Below, in pieces: positions 28,886-38,496 of a stretch of 64,000 nt of DNA (position 1 is the stretch's first letter; the number at the start of each line of letters is the position of its first letter). The translations under genes and the position numbers were made by a program. The stretch is from positions 5,809-69,808 of the forward strand of contig JAFQVV010000006.1 in assembly GCA_017407835.1 (NCBI GenBank), written 5' to 3'. The DNA comes from Clostridia bacterium (lineage in GTDB: Bacteria > Bacillota > Clostridia > Oscillospirales > CAG-272). A model generated the notes under the pieces. It saw only the letters and a list, made by a program, of their open reading frames with translations. It was not told where the DNA came from and did not search any database.

Positions 28886-29779
28886 ATGAGAAACACCATC
28901 ATTACATCACAAACAAAATTTGACCAAGCCGCAATCCACAAAGATCTTCAATATGCACTTACCAAAAGATACGCCAACACCGATGCAGCTGTACAAGAAA
29001 GAGAAGAGGCTCCCGTTTGAAAAAAAGCCGAAGCATTCGGCAACGGCGACACAAAAAAAGAACTTGGATATTGTTCGGCCAAGCAGAACATACAGCCCCG
29101 CGAAAACGATGGAAACAGTACTTCCACGCAGATCAAAATCGGCGCAGAAGTGAATATCGCAGGGCTTATCAAAGCCAATGTAGAATGGACAAAAGCGCAT
29201 TCGGGCGAGGAAACAAGCCCCCCCAACACAGAGACAGCCGGCAATCGAGGAACAGCTGTCGTCGGTGATTATGGTACGGCAACGGCAGGCAGGAGTGGTA
29301 AAGCCATCGCCGGCGACTATGGTACGGCGACCGCGGGAAGCCGGGGCAAAGCATCGGCCGGCGACTACGGAGGTGCCACAGTGGGCAGAGGTGGAAAAGC
29401 CATCGTCGGTGACTATGGTGTTGCAGCCGCAGCCGGTCAAGGGAAAGCAGAAGCAGGCGATTACGGCACAGCCGTTTCGGGTGAAACAGCCGAAGTGGGC
29501 AAATGGGGATTGGCCGTTGTGCGAGGAATGGAAGGCAAAGCAAAAGGCGGGGTGGGATCAATTTTGGTCATTTGCGAAGAAAATAAAGGCAGTCCGCAAA
29601 CTCCCGCATGGATTGCCGTTTTCGTTGATGGAATCGACATCAAAGCCGAAACATGGTATATGCTCAAAAACGGCATATTGATGGAAGTGGCGGAGGATAA
29701 CGGATATAAATACCCATCGATGGCCTTTGCACAAAAATTCGAGAGTCTGATTTTTATTGCCCACCCAAGCAGAGATTGA
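28886..29779 (+). pseudogene. Phage-type Gly/Ala 8-aa repeat protein interrupted by an in-frame TGA at 29018
   Basis: GGAGG RBS and ATG at 28886 in frame with ORF 29150-29779; IKIGAEVNIAGLIKA, AxxGDYG repeats and VDGIDIKAETWY tail resemble phage repeat proteins. Confidence 0.6.
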
Positions 29780-29877
29780 AGGCCCCAGCCTCGCTTCGCT
29801 CGGCGCAAGAACCGCTCCCCTTCGCTCTAATCGATTCCCCCTGCCGTTCTTGTATCAAACTTCTCTTGCCCAGACAT

Positions 29878-29930
29878 CTCCACCAAAAGCAAAAGGCACC
29901 CCACAGGGTGCCTTTTGCTTTTGGCGGAGA
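29878..29930 (-). terminator. Terminator overlapping the tRNA-Ser 3' end
   Basis: CCAAAAGCAAAAGGCACC/GGTGCCTTTTGCTTTTGG inverted repeat. Confidence 0.7.
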
Positions 29931-30013
29931 AGCAGAGATTCGAACTCTGGAGGCGCTTTTAACGCCTACACGATTTCCAGTCGTGCGCCCTCGACCAACT
30001 AGGCGACTTCTCC
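29922..30013 (-). tRNA. tRNA-Ser(GGA)
   Basis: GGAGAAG acceptor, anticodon arm CACGA-CTGGAAA-TCGTG, long variable arm, GTTCGAATC T-loop, encoded CCA; TTGATT-17-TATAAT promoter upstream. Confidence 0.97.
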
Positions 30014-30251
30014 ATATTCGGGTCATGCGGACGTTGGCTATCCACGCGACTTGTATATTATACACCATCCCGCAAGAAAAATCAACCCCTCTGCGAAAAA
30101 TTTTTTCGTTTTTTTGCAATTATTTTGCAATTTCCCTCGCTGCCGAGAAAATAATGCTTGACAAAACGCTGCAAACAGGATATAATATTACTCGCTCCGA
30201 ATTTTTTCGGTATCTACGGAAAGGAACCGCCTCGGCGGTACGGTATGCATT

Positions 30252-30776
30252 ATGCTGCTTGATCTCCGTCCTCTGATGCGCGGTGAAGTGTCTGCGCTTG
30301 ACGTGGACTACACCCTGACCCCACCGCCGATGGAGGGTATCATCTTCCCCGAGTCGGCGCATATCCAAGGAAAAATCGTGGACCACGTCGAGTTCATGCG
30401 CCTGACGCTTTGCTGCGATGTCCCCTTTGTCGGCGAATGTGCCCGCTGTCTGACGCCTGTCTCCGATCGTTTGACCTTCGACTTCTCCCGAACGATTATG
30501 GACGAAAAAGGACTGCGCATGGTCAGCGACACCGAAGATTTCGATGAGGATGAATATGTCACAGTTGTGGACGGCATGCTCGACATTGATGAGCAGCTGG
30601 CAGAAGCCTTGCTCCTGGAGTTCCCTTCCAAGCTGCTCTGCCGTGAGGATTGTCCGGGGCTTTGTCCCAAGTGCGGCAAACCACTCGCCGAGGGAGATTG
30701 CGGCTGTCCCAAAAAAGAAATGGATCCTCGCTTCGAAATTTTGAAAAAACTACTTGAAAAAGATGAAAATGTGTGA
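30252..30776 (+). CDS. yceD: DUF177/YceD family protein
   Basis: ECARCL and LCREDCPGLCPKCG...DPRF motifs; conserved position upstream of rpmF. Confidence 0.9.
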   Translation: MLLDLRPLMRGEVSALDVDYTLTPPPMEGIIFPESAHIQGKIVDHVEFMRLTLCCDVPFVGECARCLTPVSDRLTFDFSRTIMDEKGLRMVSDTEDFDEDEYVTVVDGMLDIDEQLAEALLLEFPSKLLCREDCPGLCPKCGKPLAEGDCGCPKKEMDPRFEILKKLLEKDENV

Positions 30777-30826
30777 TATAATAGAGTGTATTTAATTGCA
30801 GTGACAGAATAAGGAGGGAATAAGCA

Positions 30827-31009
30827 ATGGCAGTACCGAAGAAAAAGGTATCGAAGGCCCGCAGAGATAAGAGACGTTCCAATGTTTGGAAGCTCGAGCT
30901 GCCCGGCATGACCAAGTGCCCGAAGTGCGGCGAGTACAACCTCGCACACAGAGTTTGCAAGGCTTGTGGCTCTTACAATGGCAAGGAAGTCATCAAACAG
31001 GATGCCTAA
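30827..31009 (+). CDS. rpmF: 50S ribosomal protein L32
   Basis: [17 protein letters not shown]; CPKC...HRVCKACG zinc ribbon. Confidence 0.97.
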   Translation: MAVPKKKVSKARRDKRRSNVWKLELPGMTKCPKCGEYNLAHRVCKACGSYNGKEVIKQDA

Positions 31010-31216
31010 ATCAAAGGTCAGGAATCTTCTCACCCAACGGTGATGAGGATTCCTTTTCCTTTTCCCGGCGAGGGATGTATCGCAGATAATGAAAATGCTT
31101 TATGTCCAGTCTGTTAATTCTCGCGCATCGCTCTTCCCATTTCGTCCAAAGCATGATATAATAAACAAACAGTGCGGCATCTCTGCCGTGCATTAAACAA
31201 AATAAGGTATGGTATA

Positions 31217-32368
31217 ATGATGAAGCGCATTTCTCTGAGAATGTTAAGTATGTTCCTTCTTGCTCTGCTGGCGGTATCTTCTTTCGCCGCGTGTAATGCC
31301 GCCCCCTCCACAGATTCTGATCAACCCTCCGACACCACAAATTCAACCGAACAAACCGAGTCAACCGAACAAACCGGCACCGTTGATCCCTTTGTTTATT
31401 TGCAGGAAGATTTAACCCCCTACATTACATTGGGCAACTACCGCGATATCACAGTTATCCGCGCATCTTCTGTTGTAACCGATGAAGATTTGGCCGCTTA
31501 TATTCAGGAAGTGTGTGAATACTATGCTGTCCCCGCACAAATTACTGATCGTGCCGCAGCCGAGGATGACACTGTCAACTTTGATTTTGCAGGGTATATC
31601 GACGGTGAACAGTTTGATAACGGTACCGCTGCAGGCCAGTCCATTACGCTCACGGGAACCGGCGGCTATATTGAGGGCTTTGTTCCTGCCATCATCGGCA
31701 AAATGCCGGGCGAATCCTTTGAGATTGTCACCACCTTCCCCGAGGATTACGGTGTTGATGAACTCAACGGAAAAGAGGCTGTCTTCAAGTGCACACTCAA
31801 CTACATTGAAGGGGATCTTATTGTCCCCGAATTCAACGATGAGCTGGCACAGGAAATCTCGGAATTTCAAACTGCCGATGAGCTGAGTGCATATCTGCGC
31901 ACCGCGATGGAAGAGGAGCTGGCAAACTCGTCAATCAACCAGCTCTATACCGATGTTTGGACACAGGTTGTCAACAATGCCACCATCCACAGCTACCCTG
32001 AAGAAAAGGTGCAGTATGTATATGAGCAGAATGTTTCCACATACACCATGTACGGTGCCATTTACTACAACGAAAGCTATGAACAGTTCCTCCTCCGCCA
32101 GGGAATGACCGATGACGATGTGCTCGAAGAAGCAAAGAGCATGATCAAGGAAGATCTTGTTTTCTACGCCATCGTTAAGGCAGAAAACATCTCGATTTCT
32201 GATGAAGAATTCGAAGCAGAGCTTCCCGAATTTGCTGCTTACTACGGTTACGATGATCCGCAGGGGATCGTCGACACCTACGGCAAAGAAGCCATTGTTG
32301 ACGGCATGCTCTGGAATAAAACCCAGGATCTGCTCTTAAGCTGGGCAAATATTGTTGATGAAGAATAA
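31217..32368 (+). CDS. Exported trigger-factor-like FKBP PPIase lipoprotein
   Basis: Lipobox FAAC; FKBP domain (DFAGYIDGEQFDNG, FPEDY, LNGKEAVF) plus trigger factor C-domain; no ribosome-binding GFRxG motif. Confidence 0.85.
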   Translation: MMKRISLRMLSMFLLALLAVSSFAACNAAPSTDSDQPSDTTNSTEQTESTEQTGTVDPFVYLQEDLTPYITLGNYRDITVIRASSVVTDEDLAAYIQEVCEYYAVPAQITDRAAAEDDTVNFDFAGYIDGEQFDNGTAAGQSITLTGTGGYIEGFVPAIIGKMPGESFEIVTTFPEDYGVDELNGKEAVFKCTLNYIEGDLIVPEFNDELAQEISEFQTADELSAYLRTAMEEELANSSINQLYTDVWTQVVNNATIHSYPEEKVQYVYEQNVSTYTMYGAIYYNESYEQFLLRQGMTDDDVLEEAKSMIKEDLVFYAIVKAENISISDEEFEAELPEFAAYYGYDDPQGIVDTYGKEAIVDGMLWNKTQDLLLSWANIVDEE

Positions 32369-32446
32369 GAAGAATAGCCGGAGATGTCACGCTGATTGGC
32401 GTGACATCTCTTGCTTTCGGTAACGATCTTTTCCGGTTACGGTGTG

Positions 32447-32474
32447 TCATGCTTTGTGTCCTGCCGCATACACT
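32447..32474 (+). promoter_or_regulatory. Putative sigE (mother-cell) promoter
   Basis: TCATGCT-13 bp-CATACACT close to the Bacillus sigE consensus. Confidence 0.55.
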
Positions 32475-32507
32475 GAAGATATAACTTCAATGCTGTGAAA
32501 GGATCCA

Positions 32508-33071
32508 ATGACCATGCTGATTACCAAAGAATACGATCGCCTGCGTGCGCAGATGTATGCTGAACGCTGGGCACTCGACCGAAATCCGCTTTTTCTCGAC
32601 TTCACCGGGCGTGGTGGAGATTGCACCTCTTTTGTTTCCCAAGCCGTGCTGGCTGGCGGATGTGTCATGAACTTCACCCCCACCTACGGCTGGTACTACA
32701 TCAGCCCCGATGACCGCGCAGCGGCATGGACGGGGGTACCCTATTTTTATAATTTTTTGCTGACCAACAGGGGGGCGGGGCCATTTGGCGAAGAAACAGC
32801 CCCCGGTTTGCTTGAAATCGGAGATGTGATCCAGCTCGGCCGTGCGGACGGTGTCTACTATCACACCCTTCTGGTCACGGGATTTTCCCACTCGGGGTAT
32901 CTCGTCTCCGCCCACAGCGATGATGCCTATAACCGTCCGCTCTCGACCTACACCTTTGACCGTGCCCGCTATCTGCACATTCTCGGCATCCGAGAAGAAG
33001 TGCCCGATCGCGTGGATTGCTTTGAATCTCTGCTCAACGGAACAGCGATCGTGGGTGTGGGCGAGCCGTAA
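32508..33071 (+). CDS. Putative amidase domain protein (Amidase_6-like)
   Basis: YDRxxAxxYAxxW, GGDCTSFVSQ, GDVIQ, YHT and SAHS motifs. Confidence 0.85.
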   Translation: MTMLITKEYDRLRAQMYAERWALDRNPLFLDFTGRGGDCTSFVSQAVLAGGCVMNFTPTYGWYYISPDDRAAAWTGVPYFYNFLLTNRGAGPFGEETAPGLLEIGDVIQLGRADGVYYHTLLVTGFSHSGYLVSAHSDDAYNRPLSTYTFDRARYLHILGIREEVPDRVDCFESLLNGTAIVGVGEP

Positions 33072-33088
33072 GGGATGGGGAATAGTCG

Positions 33089-33165
33089 TTGGGGCTTTGC
33101 CCCAACACCCCACGCAAGGGGCTTTTTCGAGAAAAGGCCCCTTGCGAATCCCCAAAAAGCTTTCA
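33089..33165 (+). repeat. Intergenic palindromic repeat, copy A
   Basis: GGGGCTTTGCCCC + GCAAGGGGCTTTTTCGAGAAAAGGCCCCTTGC + AAAAGCTTT; similar to copies at 55057 and 56588. Confidence 0.7.
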
Positions 33166-33216
33166 TAAAAAAGGAAACGATGGCGGAGTGCACATCGTTT
33201 CCTTTTGACACGGGAA

Positions 33217-34143
33217 TTATTTTAAGAAGCCGTTGACAATCTGGGCTTCTGCTTCTTCTTCGGTCAAACCGAGCGTCATCAGTTTAATCAGCTGCTCGCC
33301 TGCGATCTTACCGATGGCGGCCTCGTGAATGAGGCTTGCATCAATATGGTTTGCGGTGATCTCGGGAATGGCGGCGACCGTTGCCCGATCCATGATGATG
33401 GCGTCGCACTCGGTATGCCCAGCGCAGCGATTGTTTCCGTTGATGGCAGAGCGAAAAATTTGGTGCGACTCGTCTCGTGCAACCGAGCGGGAGATCACAT
33501 TTGCGCTGCAGTCCTCACCGTCCAGAGCCACAGTAAAATCGGTCTCGGCGTACTGCTTGCCGTGGGTCATGAGCTTCTCGCGAATGACCAGCGACGCCCC
33601 CGCCGCCAGCTTGGCGGTCGTGACGCGCTTGGTCGAATCAACGCCCTTGATCTGGGTGGTGTCCATCTCCATATGGCTGTCCTCTGCCTGCTCAATCACC
33701 GTGGTGGGATTCATCAGGCGCTGTCCGTTTCCGTCCCCTTCCCCATAGTGACGCTCGACATAGTGAACCTTCGCACCTTTTCCCAACACAAAGCGGTGGA
33801 TGCCCGAATGCTCGGCATCGGCGTCGCCGCCGTTATGGATACCGCAGCCCGCGACAATCGTCACATCGGCACCTTCGCCGATGAAGAAATCGTTGTAGAC
33901 CAGCTCCTTGATGCCGCTCTCGGAGAGGATAACGGGAATATGGACGCTCTCGTTGACCGTGCCGGGCTTGATGATGATGTCAATGCCTGGCTTATCGGTC
34001 TTGGTGACGATATCAATGTTGGCCGTTGTGCGGCGTCCCGCCGATTCGCCGTTGGCACGGAGATTGTATGCCCCCGTGGGAATCTCATGCAGATCGGCGA
34101 CCTGCTTGAGCAGATTTTTCTGAATATTGTTCATCTCACTCAC
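33217..34143 (-). CDS. SufB/SufD-family Fe-S assembly scaffold (SUF-like minimal system)
   Basis: VAGCGIHN, GHTECDAIIM and HEAAIGKIAGEQLIKLMTLGL motifs. Confidence 0.9.
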   Translation of the reverse strand: MSEMNNIQKNLLKQVADLHEIPTGAYNLRANGESAGRRTTANIDIVTKTDKPGIDIIIKPGTVNESVHIPVILSESGIKELVYNDFFIGEGADVTIVAGCGIHNGGDADAEHSGIHRFVLGKGAKVHYVERHYGEGDGNGQRLMNPTTVIEQAEDSHMEMDTTQIKGVDSTKRVTTAKLAAGASLVIREKLMTHGKQYAETDFTVALDGEDCSANVISRSVARDESHQIFRSAINGNNRCAGHTECDAIIMDRATVAAIPEITANHIDASLIHEAAIGKIAGEQLIKLMTLGLTEEEAEAQIVNGFLK

Positions 34144-34146
34144 CCC

Positions 34147-34878
34147 TTACAGCTTATTGGTCATGACCGAACAGCTATAGCTCGGGCTTCCGCCGCCCAG
34201 AAGTTCGGGAAGGATCTCATCCCTCGTGCCGATTGCCTTAAGGTGCCCGCCCGCGATGACCACGATTTTGTCGGCGATATTGAGAATACGCTCCTGATGG
34301 GAGATGATGAGAATTGAGCCGTTGACACTCTGATGCAGCCGCTCGAAAACGGTGATCAGGTTGCCGAAGCTCCAGAGGTCGATACCCGCCTCGGGTTCAT
34401 CAAAGACCGAGAGCTTGGTGCCCCGCGCGATGATCATGGCAATCTCGATGCGTTTCAGCTCACCGCCCGACAGGCTGGCGTTGATCTCGCGGTTGATGTA
34501 ATCGCGCGCACACAGCCCAACCTCCGAGAGGTAGGCGCAGGCATCGTTGATTGACAGATCACGTCCCGCCGCCAGCGAAATCAAATCGCGCACCGTCAGC
34601 CCCTTGAAGCGGACAGGCTGCTGGAAGGCAAAGGAAACGCCCAGCTTTGCGCGCTCGGTAATGGACGCTTGGGTAATGTCCACACCGTCGAGGATGATTT
34701 TTCCCTCGGTGGGCATATAGATGCCGGCGATCAGCTTGGCGAGAGTGGATTTTCCGCCTCCGTTGGGACCTGTGATAGCAACAAAGCGCTCATCAATGGT
34801 CAGCGAGACATCGTGTAATATTTCGCGGTCCCCATCGGCATCCGACACCCGATAGGAGACATTTTGCAGTTCAAGCAT
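34147..34878 (-). CDS. sufC: SufC-like ABC ATPase
   Basis: GPNGGGKST, LSGGELKRIEIA and DEPEAGID motifs; AGGAGG RBS; adjacent to SufB-like gene. Confidence 0.88.
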   Translation of the reverse strand: MLELQNVSYRVSDADGDREILHDVSLTIDERFVAITGPNGGGKSTLAKLIAGIYMPTEGKIILDGVDITQASITERAKLGVSFAFQQPVRFKGLTVRDLISLAAGRDLSINDACAYLSEVGLCARDYINREINASLSGGELKRIEIAMIIARGTKLSVFDEPEAGIDLWSFGNLITVFERLHQSVNGSILIISHQERILNIADKIVVIAGGHLKAIGTRDEILPELLGGGSPSYSCSVMTNKL

Positions 34879-35170
34879 GATATTCCTCCTGTGGAAATCA
34901 CAATAATCTGTATTATTATACCACAAAAAGATAAACTATGCAAGAGAAAACGCGATATTCCCCCGTGCGAAGAAAAATCATACAACGGCACCCACAGTTA
35001 GCAGTAAATTGAAAATCGATTTACGCCGTTTTGAAATATTCCTCGCGATCTCAACAACCGCGTTCCGCAAGCATAAACGGAATATTGCCCAAACAAAATG
35101 CAGGCCGAGGGGATGCTTCTCATAAGGATAAAAATCCCCGACAGATTTTTCAAGATCTGTCGGGTGGGAT

Positions 35171-35374
35171 TTATTTCTTCTTAAAAATTCGGGTTGCAAT
35201 AAAAGTCTCAATAATTATCAATAGAATAAAAAAGGATCCATATACGATTCTTACTTTTTCAATTTGTTCTACCGTGGGATATTCTTCTAACGATCCTAAA
35301 ACAAACAAGAATACATCTATAACAATAATAATTGCAACGATTATTGAAATAATTATATAAAATGCTTTTTTCAT
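35171..35374 (-). CDS. Small two-TM membrane protein, very AT-rich
   Basis: AAAGGAG RBS; two hydrophobic helices flanking GSLEEYPTVEQIEKVR. Confidence 0.7.
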   Translation of the reverse strand: MKKAFYIIISIIVAIIIVIDVFLFVLGSLEEYPTVEQIEKVRIVYGSFFILLIIIETFIATRIFKKK

Positions 35375-35549
35375 ATATCCCACTCCTTTTTATCACAAAT
35401 TTCGCATTGGTATTACAAATGCGTCGGGCAAAGCCGCTGCCCATAAAATTGCACGAGCGCGTTCATAGGCTTCCTGTCGAAATGAAGCTTCTTGTTAGTC
35501 CCATTATACCATAAAATCGGCAGAGGAACAATACCTCTGCCGAAATTTG

Positions 35550-35580
35550 TTTGTAGGGCGACCAATGATCGCCCTACAAA
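35550..35580. repeat. GTAG-type REP-like hairpin
   Basis: TTTGTAGGGCGA-7 nt-TCGCCCTACAAA. Confidence 0.5.
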
Positions 35581-35628
35581 ATGAGATAACATCCCTATGA
35601 GAAGGAGCGTAACTGTTTCCGTTTTTTC

Positions 35629-36639
35629 TTATGTATCAAGCTCGCTCTTGATATCGCGGTTCATCAGTCTGTGCATCGCATCGTGCGGTTTTTCGCCGCA
35701 TTTTATAATCGAATATACCGACTCGGTGATCGGAAGCTCGACGGCATACTTTTCCGCAATTCCCATCGCCGCCTCAAGCGCGTGATATCCCTCGACAACC
35801 ATACCGATCTCCGCCTGCGCCTCTTCGTAACTTTTTCCGCGTCCGATTAACTCACCGCAGCGGTTGTTTCGGCTGTGGCATGACGTGCAGGTAACGATAA
35901 GATCACCGACACCAGCCAGCCCCATAAAGGTACGGCGTTTGCAGCCCATCGCAAGCCCCAGCCTTGTGATCTCGGCAATTCCGCGGGTCATAAGCATGGC
36001 ACCCGAATTGTCACCGAAGCCCATCCCGCGATTGATACCTGCAGCGAGCGCGATCACATTCTTCAGCGCCCCCGATATCTCAACGCCCTTAACATCGGTG
36101 TTGGTATATACTCGCATACACGAATTGGCAAACAAGCCCGCGATTTTGCGCGATATCTGCTCATCCTCCGATGCGGCAACGATGGAAGTCGGCAGTCCCG
36201 CCGCCACCTCTTCTGCGTGTGTCGGACCGGACAGCGCGGCTATGCTGTATTGGAGCCCACTCCGCACTGTCCTCAAAACGTCCGCAATGACCTCTGTCAT
36301 CGTCATAAAGGTGCCCTTTTCAATACCCTTTGCAGCATTTACGATGACCGCGTCGTTTTGTATATATGCCGCCGCTTTTTCTGCTGTCGAGCGAATGAAT
36401 TGGGACGGCACCACAAAAAGCACTATCTCCCCATCCCGGCATGCGGCTTCCATGTCGTTTGTATATATAATATTTTGCGGCAGCTGGATGCCCGGAAGAT
36501 TTTGATGCGTATTTGTGGCGCGGAGCCGTTCGATCTCGCACACAATGGGCGACCAGACCGTCACATCGCACCCGTTTTTGGAAAGCAGAGCGGCAAGCGC
36601 AACGCCCCATGTACCCGCTCCAAGTATAGTGATTTTCAT
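35629..36639 (-). CDS. gpsA: NAD(P)H-dependent glycerol-3-phosphate dehydrogenase
   Basis: GAGTWG, KGIE, SGPTHAEE, GALKN and GDLIVTC...SRN motifs. Confidence 0.96.
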   Translation of the reverse strand: MKITILGAGTWGVALAALLSKNGCDVTVWSPIVCEIERLRATNTHQNLPGIQLPQNIIYTNDMEAACRDGEIVLFVVPSQFIRSTAEKAAAYIQNDAVIVNAAKGIEKGTFMTMTEVIADVLRTVRSGLQYSIAALSGPTHAEEVAAGLPTSIVAASEDEQISRKIAGLFANSCMRVYTNTDVKGVEISGALKNVIALAAGINRGMGFGDNSGAMLMTRGIAEITRLGLAMGCKRRTFMGLAGVGDLIVTCTSCHSRNNRCGELIGRGKSYEEAQAEIGMVVEGYHALEAAMGIAEKYAVELPITESVYSIIKCGEKPHDAMHRLMNRDIKSELDT

Positions 36640-36660
36640 CGATAAACAACTCCTTTCTCC

Positions 36661-37338
36661 TCACCCAAGCGTTGCCTCGCCGTTCCCGCTGATGGGAATC
36701 ATCTCGCCCAAATAGGTGGGCTCGGGCTTGAACCAACAGTAAAGCATTCCCTTGACCCGCGCCGCTATCTCACGCAGATCATGACCAAATTGACCGAAAT
36801 ACACATTTAAATCTGCCGAAACGCCAACCGCTTCAATGCCGAGCGAGCGGGCAATATACAGTGCGCGAGGCAAATGATATTCCTGCGTCACAATGACAAC
36901 ACGTGAGACGCCGAACACATCTCTGGCGCGATAGAGACTGTCATAAGTTGAAAAGCCTGCGTGATCCATAAAAATATCTTGGCTTGGCACATCTGCCGCC
37001 ATTGCGCGCTCGCGCATGACGTTGACTTCATCATACCCTTCTCTGCCGTGATCGCCGGTCATCAAAAGTTTTGGGGCCACTTGGTCATCATAAAGCATAA
37101 TGCCCGTATCAATACGATCACGCAGCATATCTGAGGGGGTTCCGTCATCCCTTACGCCGGCACCCAGTACAAGAATACAATCGGCACCAAAGGCTGCCGC
37201 TTCCTCCGCCGAAACGATCATGTCGTCGGTTACGGCCAGCATGATCCAGTTAATCACCAACACCACACCGCCGCCGAGCAAGCCCAGCACAATCGCCGCC
37301 GCAAACAAACGTTTGAGGTGCTTTTTTATTTTTTTCAT
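36661..37338 (-). CDS. SanA/YdcF (DUF218) family protein
   Basis: ILVLGAG, MLRDR, DHAGFSTYDS and TQEYHLPRA motifs; N-terminal TM. Confidence 0.9.
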   Translation of the reverse strand: MKKIKKHLKRLFAAAIVLGLLGGGVVLVINWIMLAVTDDMIVSAEEAAAFGADCILVLGAGVRDDGTPSDMLRDRIDTGIMLYDDQVAPKLLMTGDHGREGYDEVNVMRERAMAADVPSQDIFMDHAGFSTYDSLYRARDVFGVSRVVIVTQEYHLPRALYIARSLGIEAVGVSADLNVYFGQFGHDLREIAARVKGMLYCWFKPEPTYLGEMIPISGNGEATLG

Positions 37339-37579
37339 CTTTTCATCACGCCCCCGTCCCGAAAATATTCTTTCTGTGTTCATAGCATAACACACCCGCA
37401 CCCTGTTTGTCAAGAATGGAATTTTTATAGACAAAAATTTTGCAAAGGGTTGATTTTCTCCACACAGCAGAGTATAATGATGGAGAAGCGCCATCCCTGC
37501 GTGAAAACGCTTTTTCGCAGGCAACAACAGGAAAGGGTCCGCCTCCCGTCCATTGCATGGAGCGGACAGTGTAATACAG

Positions 37580-38494
37580 ATGAGACTTGGTACTGAGATC
37601 TCCATGTTCAGCGTCGGTGCACCGGAAAATCAGCCCAAGGCATGGATCACCATGATGCAGCATGCCGTGACGGCAGGATTCCGTGTATTGGCAATAGATT
37701 TCGGAAGCATGGTCAGCGCATACCCCAATTTATTGGCAGATGATGCGTGGGAGCAGCATATCGATGCGCTCGCCGAAACCGCCTCTGCCATGCAGGCAGA
37801 ATTTGTTCAAGCCAATCTTCCCTTCCATGATGATCTCCTTGTCTACGGGCGTTGTCCCGACGCGCAGTCGATCGCTCATCTGCAGGAGATGATCCGCCGC
37901 AGTATTCTCGCCTGTGCACGTCTCGGCATCAAGTGGGCGGTTGTGCGTCCTCTGACAGACACCGTCAATGGTGAATTTGACAACACCGTCAACCTCGCAT
38001 CGAATCACGCCTTCTACGAGCAGTACGTCACCCTCGCCGAGCAAAGCGGCGTCGGTCTTGCCTTTGAGAATATGCCCGAGTTCAGTCTGACCGAAACCAT
38101 GCGCCGCTACTGCTCCACCCCGGAGGAACTGATTGACCTGGTCGACAGCTTCGGCTCCGATGCGGTAGGCATCTGTTGGGACTTCGGTCATGCGCACTCG
38201 ATTCTCCGCGACCATCCCGCAGCGCTTCGCCTCATCGGCAGCCGCCTGAAGGCTGTCCATGCGCGGGATAACAAACCCACCGTAGATGCACATCTCATCC
38301 CCTTCATCGGCGGTAATATCAAATGGGAGGTGCTGATGCCCGTGCTGACCGAGATTGGGTATACGGGTGACTTCGTGCTCGATGCCTGTGATTATATGCG
38401 CAATATTCCCCAGGCACTGCGCCCGTCTGCCGCAAAACTGGCGTATGAACTGAGTATGCACTGTCTCTCCTTCGCCGAATCCGGGGAGAATTGA
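37580..38494 (+). CDS. Sugar phosphate isomerase/epimerase (xylose isomerase-like TIM barrel)
   Basis: AFEN, CWDFGHAH, HARDN and GNIKW motifs. Confidence 0.82.
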   Translation: MRLGTEISMFSVGAPENQPKAWITMMQHAVTAGFRVLAIDFGSMVSAYPNLLADDAWEQHIDALAETASAMQAEFVQANLPFHDDLLVYGRCPDAQSIAHLQEMIRRSILACARLGIKWAVVRPLTDTVNGEFDNTVNLASNHAFYEQYVTLAEQSGVGLAFENMPEFSLTETMRRYCSTPEELIDLVDSFGSDAVGICWDFGHAHSILRDHPAALRLIGSRLKAVHARDNKPTVDAHLIPFIGGNIKWEVLMPVLTEIGYTGDFVLDACDYMRNIPQALRPSAAKLAYELSMHCLSFAESGEN

Positions 38495-38496
38495 GC

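Noticed and set aside
29878-29892. Duplicated tRNA 3' end as a prophage att site
   Set aside because: CTCCACCAAAAGC is the inverted arm of the terminator hairpin, not a direct repeat, and no integrase is present.
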